A stretch of 28,489 nt of DNA from a virus (Duplodnaviria; Heunggongvirae; Uroviricota; Caudoviricetes): IMG/VR virus record IMGVR_UViG_3300032323_003295, positions 1 through 28,489 of that record. One strand, given 5' to 3'. A program made the translations under genes and the position numbers. How positions within the stretch are numbered: the first letter of the stretch is position 1; every line of letters starts with the position of its first letter. The notes beneath the pieces were generated by a model. It saw nothing but the letters and a program-made list of their open reading frames with translations, was not told the DNA's origin and did not search any database. Positions 7,597-14,114 of the stretch are shown here, piece by piece.

Positions 7597-8274
7597 TTAT
7601 CTAGTAAGTAATTCTGGAGTAATTGTGTTAGTAAATACATCAAGCATTATTTCAGTTCCATATCTTGCATCAATTTCATTCTTTTTGATAGTTTCTATTA
7701 CTTTAGAAGCATTTTCTAAATCAATATTAATATTTGTATTTTGTACTTTTGCTCTAATATCCTCTTTAGAAAGTTCATTACCATATCTATTTTCCCAAGT
7801 TATATTATAGTTTCTATTATTTTCATCTTTACAGAATAATATTATAGTATTAACATATGGTGGTCTTGGTTTACCAAGTTTTACTGTTCTACCATTAGTA
7901 TGATAACTTTGTTGAGGTTGTGGACTACCATATACTGCATAAGCATGTGGTATTAGTTTTAATTTTTCACCTCTAAGTGTAATCTCAATGGCATCACCAA
8001 TTTTAGCAGTATTCTTAACTTCAATAAGAACATTTGTAACGGATTTTCTATATGATAAGTCTGTTTTAGTAATATCTTTACCATAAGCTTGTAATTTAGT
8101 AATTACATCATTATACATTTCAAGAGTTTGATTAAAGTCATACTCACCAGTATATTTAAGTTTAAATTCATTTAATTTTCTTTCAATAGTAAATCCTTCA
8201 TCTACAAACTCTACAAAGTAGTCTTCCAACTGCATTTCAGATTTACTCTCATTAAACTTTTTTAAGTGTTTCAT
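7597..8274 (-). CDS. Hypothetical protein with capsid-targeting-like N-terminus
   Basis: 225-aa ORF starting MKHLKKFNESKSE. Confidence 0.8.
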   Translation of the reverse strand: MKHLKKFNESKSEMQLEDYFVEFVDEGFTIERKLNEFKLKYTGEYDFNQTLEMYNDVITKLQAYGKDITKTDLSYRKSVTNVLIEVKNTAKIGDAIEITLRGEKLKLIPHAYAVYGSPQPQQSYHTNGRTVKLGKPRPPYVNTIILFCKDENNRNYNITWENRYGNELSKEDIRAKVQNTNINIDLENASKVIETIKKNEIDARYGTEIMLDVFTNTITPELLTR

Positions 8275-8275
8275 A

Positions 8276-8307
8276 TTTGTATATATTAAAATTTTATCTT
8301 ATATTTG
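8276..8307 (+). promoter_or_regulatory. Bacteroidota primary-sigma promoter (early)
   Basis: TTTG (8276-8279)-N20-TATATTTG (8300-8307). 18 nt before ATG 8326. Confidence 0.7.
8279..8288 (-). promoter_or_regulatory. Putative late promoter motif TAATATATAC
   Basis: 4 nt before ATG 8274, lying within the early promoter span. Confidence 0.55.
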
Positions 8308-8325
8308 TATTCTAAATAAAACACT

Positions 8326-8478
8326 ATGTACGAGACTATCAATGATTATATGGAAAATCCTAATATGGATCCTTCACAATTAAATGAATTATTAATAATG
8401 GCAGAAGATTTTAAAAATCAGTCTGAATATTTTCAAACAAATGTTGAGAAAGAAACTATAAATGACTTACCTTTCTAA
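8326..8478 (+). CDS. 50-aa acidic peptide ending NDLPF (SSB C-terminal tail-like), absent from the ORF track
   Basis: Translated by hand: MYETINDYMENPNMDPSQLNELLIMAEDFKNQSEYFQTNVEKETINDLPF*. First ORF after the early promoter. Confidence 0.7.
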   Translation: MYETINDYMENPNMDPSQLNELLIMAEDFKNQSEYFQTNVEKETINDLPF

Positions 8479-8480
8479 TT

Positions 8481-8624
8481 ATGACATTACTTTTTATACT
8501 TCTAATTCTAAGTACCTTACTTTTCTTAATGATTGGTATTGATATTTTGATTATACCTAATCTTGATAAAGAAAATAAATTTTTTAAGTGGTGGAATAAA
8601 CATATCATAACAAAAATAAAATAA
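8481..8624 (+). CDS. 47-aa single-pass membrane protein, absent from the ORF track
   Basis: MTLLFILLILSTLLFLMIGIDILIIPNLDKENKFFKWWNKHIITKIK*. Its TAA overlaps ATG 8624. Confidence 0.7.
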   Translation: MTLLFILLILSTLLFLMIGIDILIIPNLDKENKFFKWWNKHIITKIK

Positions 8625-9352
8625 TGTTTGAAACTACAGATGATATGGGAATATATGATACCCCAAGTTGGGTAATAGACTTTGAGCCAAAGAGTGCTTT
8701 AAGAGATTTAAAAATACAGATGATAACTACTGATGATGTTAAATTTTTAGTATCAACTGTGAACATGGAAGTTCATGAAAATGAGCTTGATTTTCTAAAA
8801 ATAGCTTGTCCTGATGATGTTATCACAGGTTCTTTTGCATTAAATCTTTATGGTTTAATAAATAGAAGTTGTAATGATATTGATGTTCTTATCAAAGATA
8901 AAGACAGATATCCAAATGGACATTATTATAATGACCATGGTGCATATAGTGGTGATGTTGCTTTTTCTGAAAACAGATTAGGTTATAAACAACATGTTTA
9001 TAGAAAAGAAGTAACTATAAAAAATCCATTTTTGAATAGTTTGTTATTTATGTTTGTTAATGTAATCAATTATTTAGTAAAAGTTTTTGGTAATGAATAC
9101 ATCTACAAAGTTGATTATTTCTTAGATAATGATGTTAGATATAATACCTTTGAATATAAAGGACATACTTATAAAATTCATTGTCCTCTACAGATAATGG
9201 ATCAAAAATTAGATATGTTTCTAAAAGATACAAATTCACAACATTATCTATCAAGAGACAATAAACATAAAAAAGATTTATTTGTAATATTCAAGAATAT
9301 TAATTTTGATCTTTTTAAAAAAGGTAAGAGTGAACAAAATATCTTATTATAG
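8624..9352 (+). CDS. Pol-beta-superfamily nucleotidyltransferase
   Basis: VITGSFALNLYG...NDIDVLI (GS plus DxD), and a C-terminal KHKKDL helix. Confidence 0.7.
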   Translation: MFETTDDMGIYDTPSWVIDFEPKSALRDLKIQMITTDDVKFLVSTVNMEVHENELDFLKIACPDDVITGSFALNLYGLINRSCNDIDVLIKDKDRYPNGHYYNDHGAYSGDVAFSENRLGYKQHVYRKEVTIKNPFLNSLLFMFVNVINYLVKVFGNEYIYKVDYFLDNDVRYNTFEYKGHTYKIHCPLQIMDQKLDMFLKDTNSQHYLSRDNKHKKDLFVIFKNINFDLFKKGKSEQNILL

Positions 9353-9394
9353 TATCATGATGTTGCATAAAATTAATAAATAATATAAAAAAAT

Positions 9395-9877
9395 ATGACT
9401 GGATCATTAGAAGAAGCAATTCAAAAAATTATAAAATTAGCAAAAGAACAATTCATCTTGGAAGACCATAATATACATGGTTTTGACCATTGGGATGAAG
9501 TTGAGAAGAATGGAATTATGTTAGCAAATCAACCTGGTGTTGATTTAACTGTTGTTAGATTATTTGCACATATTCATGATTGTAAAAGATTGGATGATTT
9601 CCAAGACCCTGAGCATGGTGACAGGTCAGCAGACTATGTTAGAGAAATTGAAGATGAATTAGAATTCTTAACTAAAACTCAAATAGAAAAATTATGGGAA
9701 GCTTGTAAGTATCATCATAAAGGAGTAGTAAATAAAGAAGATATTACAATAGGAGCTTGTTATGATGCAGATAGAATAGAATTAATTAGATGTGGTCATG
9801 TTCCAAGACCAGATTTGATGAATACTCCAATTGGAATAAGAATTGCTGAAAAAATGCAGACTTTATATAATTATTAA
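9395..9877 (+). CDS. HD-domain phosphohydrolase
   Basis: HGFDHW, AHIHDCKR, EHGDRSA, YHH, DADR. Confidence 0.88.
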   Translation: MTGSLEEAIQKIIKLAKEQFILEDHNIHGFDHWDEVEKNGIMLANQPGVDLTVVRLFAHIHDCKRLDDFQDPEHGDRSADYVREIEDELEFLTKTQIEKLWEACKYHHKGVVNKEDITIGACYDADRIELIRCGHVPRPDLMNTPIGIRIAEKMQTLYNY

Positions 9878-9888
9878 AAAATAATCCT

Positions 9889-9896
9889 TATCTTTG
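9889..9896 (+). promoter_or_regulatory. Bacteroidota -7 element TATCTTTG (early promoter, -33 box not evident)
   Basis: Identical to the -7 boxes at 3588 and 14139. 15 nt before ATG 9912. Confidence 0.55.
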
Positions 9897-9911
9897 TAGA
9901 AATATTAAGAT

Positions 9912-10550
9912 ATGGCAGTATATAATAAATTTAGGTATATTTTTCCACCCAGACCCAAAAATGCAATTCCATCAGATGAATTATCTTTTTGGGATAATGA
10001 CTCATTACTAGGACAACCAAAACTTAATGGTTCTAATACTACTATTTATACAAATGGTGAAAAACACATTGTAATGAATAGACACAATCAAAGACTTACA
10101 AATTTCAGAATAACAGATGAAGAAGTTACTTCTATGTATAGAGGTAATGGTGAGTGGATGGTAATTAATGGTGAGTATATGAATAAATCTCAGAATGATG
10201 AAACTGGTAGACCATTTAATCATAAGTTTGTTATTTTTGATATTCTTGTTCTTGATGGTAACTATTTAGTAGGAACTACTTTTGAACAGAGAGTTGCTAT
10301 TCTAAATGACTTATATGGTCAAGTAGATTGTGAGAAAGAACATTTGTATGGTATTTCAGAAAACATCTACAGAGTAAAATCTTACAATGGTGGTTTCTTA
10401 GACTTATACAATGATTTGATTAAAGTTGATATGTATGAAGGTTTGGTTATGAAAAGAAAAAATGCTAAGTTAGAACTTGGTACAAATGAAATGAATAATG
10501 TAAAATCTCAGTTGAAATGTAGAAAACCAACTAAAAACTATGCTTATTAA
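9912..10550 (+). CDS. Minimal ATP-dependent ligase (adenylation domain only; RNA-ligase-like)
   Basis: Motif I PKLNGSN, III NGEY, IIIa FVIFDIL, IV EGLVMK, V QLKCRK. No room for an OB domain. Confidence 0.75.
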   Translation: MAVYNKFRYIFPPRPKNAIPSDELSFWDNDSLLGQPKLNGSNTTIYTNGEKHIVMNRHNQRLTNFRITDEEVTSMYRGNGEWMVINGEYMNKSQNDETGRPFNHKFVIFDILVLDGNYLVGTTFEQRVAILNDLYGQVDCEKEHLYGISENIYRVKSYNGGFLDLYNDLIKVDMYEGLVMKRKNAKLELGTNEMNNVKSQLKCRKPTKNYAY

Positions 10551-10553
10551 TTT

Positions 10554-10563
10554 TAATATATAG
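10554..10563 (+). promoter_or_regulatory. Putative late promoter motif TAATATATAG
   Basis: Recurring motif, 22 nt before TTG 10586. Confidence 0.5.
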
Positions 10564-10585
10564 TGTATAAAAATTAATTAATATT

Positions 10586-11161
10586 TTGGAAAAGTTTAGT
10601 AGAATAAAACCTAAAAATGAATTTGAAGATGAAAGTAAAGAAAAAGTTCTTTATTCTGATGCAGCAATAAAAGTTATAGAATATGATAATTGGTCTATAA
10701 TCAAAGAAAAAGATTTAGTTGTTTGTATTCCTTATTTAATAGAGAAAAATGAATTTATTTTAAGATATGAATATATACCAACATATTTTTTAACAGATGG
10801 TCAAGAATATCATGCAACTGTGGTTGGTGGACAAGTAGAAACTGGTGAGGCAATTGAAACAGCTATGTTAAGAGAGCTTGAAGAAGAAGCTGGTATAGTA
10901 GTTAATGAGAACTATAAATTAGATGCCTTGAAACCTTTGTATATCTCTAAGGGTTTAACATCAAAGTATCATCCTTTCATCATTCCATTAAATGAAAGAG
11001 AGTACACTGAAATAACTGCAACAGGCGATGGATCAGAAGTTGAAAAAATGAGCAAGTCTGTAAGAGTAAGTGCAAAATTTATTGACTCAGTAAAAACATC
11101 AGACTTAATAACAGATTATTTGTTATTGAAATTAAAAGAATATATGAACTTACAAAAATAA
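10586..11161 (+). CDS. Nudix hydrolase (ADP-ribose pyrophosphatase-like)
   Basis: GGQVETGEAIETAMLRELEEEAG Nudix box. TTG start. Confidence 0.85.
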   Translation: MEKFSRIKPKNEFEDESKEKVLYSDAAIKVIEYDNWSIIKEKDLVVCIPYLIEKNEFILRYEYIPTYFLTDGQEYHATVVGGQVETGEAIETAMLRELEEEAGIVVNENYKLDALKPLYISKGLTSKYHPFIIPLNEREYTEITATGDGSEVEKMSKSVRVSAKFIDSVKTSDLITDYLLLKLKEYMNLQK

Positions 11162-11163
11162 AA

Positions 11164-11186
11164 AAATCCTTCTTTATGAAGGATTT
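11164..11186. terminator. Bidirectional intrinsic terminator
   Basis: AAATCCTTC-TTTAT-GAAGGATTT with flanking A and T runs, between convergent genes. Confidence 0.8.
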
Positions 11187-12559
11187 CTTTTATTTTCTAT
11201 ACCAAGTTTATTATTTAACATCCAAGTAACATCTGAATTAAAATCTTTTGAATCAACTGAACCATAATCAGAGAAATGAGGTTCAAACTTAAAAGTTCCT
11301 AAGTGAGCCTGACAATATTCTCTAAATACATCATAAAGTGAATAATCTTTTAAGAAGTCATAATCAAATTCTTCAATCCATTTATTATCATATTTAATTT
11401 TATAGAATGTTTGTACTTCTGGATAAGTATGTACTTCTCTTGTACCATCTGGTTTTGTATAACTCTTTTTAACTTCTACTTCTTTATCATATTTAGAATA
11501 TGATAATTCCGCACCATAACTTCTATCTCCAACAATATTATCAAACTCATTAACAAGATCTTTATAATTTTCATCCTGATGAGCACTTGAAGCATGATCC
11601 GCATAAGTTTGTTTAATATCTTGTACTAAATCAGAATTCTTACATAAATCAATTAATGTACTATAAAATCTTTCTTTAGTTAAATATTCTATAACTTCAT
11701 CTTCTGTTAATCCTTCTAATTTATCATTATCTGCTTCTTTAACAAGTTCTTCTAATCCACCATATTCTTTAATCAACGCTTTAACTAATAGAACTTCATT
11801 ATCTTTATTCAAATCATAGTTAAGTAAAGAGTTAGTATCTGGATAATAATCTGAACCCCAGTAGTGGTCACCATCTATTCCATCAATTAATTGACTTTTA
11901 TAACTTTTTTCATCACCTAATAATATATCAGCTAAATCTTCCATACCAACAACAATATAAATATCATTACCTTCTATAAAAGTATCTTTATCTTTTTCAG
12001 ATAACCAGCCATAATACTCACAAAGTTCTTTAACATCAATTTCTACTTCTTTCTTATCCATTACAAACAAGCCAATATTATTATCAATTTGTATATCTTT
12101 AGTCATATCACCACTTTCATCTTCTAAAAAGAATCCACCTTTTATCAATAATTCATCTAAATTTACTTCACTTTTATCTTCATATACTTTTGCTTCAAAA
12201 CCAAGGTCTTCAAAGTAATCAATTGCAGTTAAAACAACATCAGTAACATCTTCATTTGATGGTTTTGTATCATATATATTTATCCAGTATGCAGGTGTCA
12301 CTGAGCCTTTAACTAATTTTTGACCAAATACTTTATAATCATTGTGATACTTTCCACCACTATATCTATATTCAGTTTCTACAAAACCTCTTTCAATATC
12401 AATTGTATATCCTTCATCATTCATTTCAACAAATAACTCTTCAATTTTATCATCTTCAAGTCTATATGTTTTTATTTCTTCAACAGGTCTCATTACTTCA
12501 TCCATAGGAAATAAAGACAATTGTTGTTCTTTAATAAATTGTAAGTATCTTTTTATCAT
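11174..12559 (-). CDS. Large acidic protein with capsid-targeting-like N-terminus followed by QLSLF
   Basis: 461-aa ORF starting MIKRYLQFIKEQQLSLFP. D/E-rich. Confidence 0.85.
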   Translation of the reverse strand: MIKRYLQFIKEQQLSLFPMDEVMRPVEEIKTYRLEDDKIEELFVEMNDEGYTIDIERGFVETEYRYSGGKYHNDYKVFGQKLVKGSVTPAYWINIYDTKPSNEDVTDVVLTAIDYFEDLGFEAKVYEDKSEVNLDELLIKGGFFLEDESGDMTKDIQIDNNIGLFVMDKKEVEIDVKELCEYYGWLSEKDKDTFIEGNDIYIVVGMEDLADILLGDEKSYKSQLIDGIDGDHYWGSDYYPDTNSLLNYDLNKDNEVLLVKALIKEYGGLEELVKEADNDKLEGLTEDEVIEYLTKERFYSTLIDLCKNSDLVQDIKQTYADHASSAHQDENYKDLVNEFDNIVGDRSYGAELSYSKYDKEVEVKKSYTKPDGTREVHTYPEVQTFYKIKYDNKWIEEFDYDFLKDYSLYDVFREYCQAHLGTFKFEPHFSDYGSVDSKDFNSDVTWMLNNKLGIENKRNPS

Positions 12560-12561
12560 AA

Positions 12562-12948
12562 TTAATAGTTTTTATATATTGGTTCCAAATATGGTAATGG
12601 TTTTTTTAAGTACCAGTGTACTAATGCTCTGTGATTCCCTTCTACTCCAACTGATGGATAATCTAAACCTCTTTCTTGAATATCTTTAATAAGATATTGA
12701 ACATAAGGTTCTTCAATAATATCTTCAATCTCATTTCCAAAATGTTTAGTAACATATTCTTCAATTTCATCTACTGGTAACAACTTAAACTTCCACTGAT
12801 AATCTTCTGGTTGTTCATCACCATATTCATCAAACTGAATATCTATATCAGATTGTACTTCTTCTGGTAAATCATCATACTGATAAGTTTTACCTACTTC
12901 AAAGTCAAACTTATTAGTAAACTTCTCAAAAGTTTTAACATATTTCAT
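12562..12948 (-). CDS. Protein with capsid-targeting-like N-terminus and ParB/sulfiredoxin-like motif
   Basis: Starts MKYVKTFEKF. LIKDIQERGLDYPSVGVEGNHRAL resembles the ParB-N L..SI...G...P....DGxHR pattern. Confidence 0.6.
   Translation of the reverse strand: MKYVKTFEKFTNKFDFEVGKTYQYDDLPEEVQSDIDIQFDEYGDEQPEDYQWKFKLLPVDEIEEYVTKHFGNEIEDIIEEPYVQYLIKDIQERGLDYPSVGVEGNHRALVHWYLKKPLPYLEPIYKNY
12572..12581 (-). promoter_or_regulatory. Possible late promoter motif CAATATATAA inside the end of the upstream gene
   Basis: Core AATATATA 12 nt before ATG 12559. Also explained by codons PIYK. Confidence 0.35.
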
Positions 12949-12952
12949 AAAG

Positions 12953-12962
12953 GTATATATAA
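12953..12962 (-). promoter_or_regulatory. Putative late promoter motif TTATATATAC
   Basis: 4 nt before ATG 12948. Confidence 0.55.
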
Positions 12963-12963
12963 A

Positions 12964-12990
12964 AAAAAGAGAGTTAAAAACTCTCTTTTT
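12964..12990 (-). terminator. Intrinsic terminator
   Basis: AAAAAGAGAGTT-AAA-AACTCTCTTTTT stem followed on the minus strand by a U run. Lies downstream of 13013..13990. Confidence 0.85.
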
Positions 12991-13012
12991 ATATAGCTGT
13001 TATTATTTTTAA

Positions 13013-13990
13013 TTATATTTTAGAAAGCAATTCTTCTTTCTTTGTTGTAAACTCTTCTTCTGTTAATATTCCTACTTTGTGAAGTTCACCAAGTTTTTCT
13101 AAAAGAACAATACTATCAATCTTTTCTTGGGTTAGAGATATTGTAGTAGTTTTTTTTATTTCTTTTGTTTCAACTGGTTTTCTACTATCTGGTAGTAATT
13201 GAACTATAGTTGATGCAATGTAATAATTATCAAAGTCCATATCAACTGTTTCAAACTTTTGTTTAGATTTTGAACCTTTTTCTACTCTACCAGTTTCAAT
13301 ACTTAATGATTTCTCACTTGAGAAACTAGTTTGTGTAAAACTATTACTAATAGGCATAGAATCAATTGTACTTGAATAGTATGCATTATTTGTTGATTTA
13401 AGATTTGTTAAATCAATTGCCCCTGTTGAACAATAGACATTTCCAGTATTTGTAGTTGTAGTTGCAATTGAACCACCTATTGTTGTATTACAATTAGTTG
13501 TTGTAATTCCATTACCATAATAAACTGTATAAGGATTTGTTGTACCCCAAGGATAAGTAGGATAAACCCAGTAAGGATATGTTCTACCAGTTAGAATACG
13601 ATTAAACTTATTGCTCCAGTTTTCTAATGTAACAACAGATTCTCTATAGAAGAAAACTTCTAATAAACCATTTTTTGCAATTGCATTTGCTACTTCTGTA
13701 GTGTCTTCAACTTCATAAGTATTGAAAATGAATTTCTTTTTATCATCAATAAAACAATCTAAATAAAATCTTTGACCTGGATTTAATACCAGACCTGTTT
13801 GTGAAATTGATTTACCATTTAATTTGATGTCTGCTAGTATGCAGTCTTGAAGTGGATTGAAAAGTTCTATTACAAATTCTTCTTTATCTTGAAGATAAAC
13901 TTTTCCTTTTTTGATAGATTTTCTTCCTCTATCTTTTGAGTTAACTACCCACGCACTTGGTGTAGTAGTTGTTTTGACTTGTTTTGCCAT
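13013..13990 (-). CDS. Uncharacterised protein: N-terminal beta-rich domain, low-complexity T/Y/P linker, C-terminal SHOCT domain
   Basis: C-terminus LLEKLGELHKVGILTEEEFTTKKEELL fits the SHOCT consensus. N-terminal YLQDKEEFVIELFNP...LNG...GLVLNPGQRFYL. Confidence 0.8.
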   Translation of the reverse strand: MAKQVKTTTTPSAWVVNSKDRGRKSIKKGKVYLQDKEEFVIELFNPLQDCILADIKLNGKSISQTGLVLNPGQRFYLDCFIDDKKKFIFNTYEVEDTTEVANAIAKNGLLEVFFYRESVVTLENWSNKFNRILTGRTYPYWVYPTYPWGTTNPYTVYYGNGITTTNCNTTIGGSIATTTTNTGNVYCSTGAIDLTNLKSTNNAYYSSTIDSMPISNSFTQTSFSSEKSLSIETGRVEKGSKSKQKFETVDMDFDNYYIASTIVQLLPDSRKPVETKEIKKTTTISLTQEKIDSIVLLEKLGELHKVGILTEEEFTTKKEELLSKI

Positions 13991-14010
13991 TTTGTTTTTT
14001 TAATTTTTGG

Positions 14011-14070
14011 ATCCATATCTTTGATTCTTTTCAAAATCTCAAAGGCATCCTATTGATACCCGACATGAAT
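14011..14070 (-). ncRNA. Candidate structured cis-regulatory RNA (three-way junction) in a 5' UTR
   Basis: AUUCAUGUC-G-GGUAUC[AAUAG]GAUGCC-UUUGA..GAAA..UCAAA-GAUAUGGAU. 9-bp P1, 6-bp P2 and a P3 that can close a GAAA tetraloop. G-U pairs form only on the minus strand. Confidence 0.6.
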
Positions 14071-14088
14071 TATATAACAGCTATAATT

Positions 14089-14098
14089 TTATATATTA
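14089..14098 (-). promoter_or_regulatory. Putative late promoter motif TAATATATAA
   Basis: Recurring motif, 98 nt before ATG 13990. Confidence 0.55.
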
Positions 14099-14114
14099 GA
14101 TTTTTATTCTTTTG

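Larger units (their letters stand above)
12992..14085. repeat. 12-bp perfect inverted repeat flanking ORF 13013..13990
   Basis: TATAGCTGTTAT (12992-13003) and ATAACAGCTATA (14074-14085). Confidence 0.85.

Noticed and set aside
4193-10223. Track ORFs 4193..4396, 4751..4936, 7625..7810 and 10008..10223
   Set aside because: Short antisense shadows fully inside better-supported genes.
12992-14085. IS/MITE interpretation of the 12-bp inverted repeat
   Set aside because: No transposase motif in the enclosed ORF and no target-site duplication. The arms coincide with the inferred transcript ends instead.
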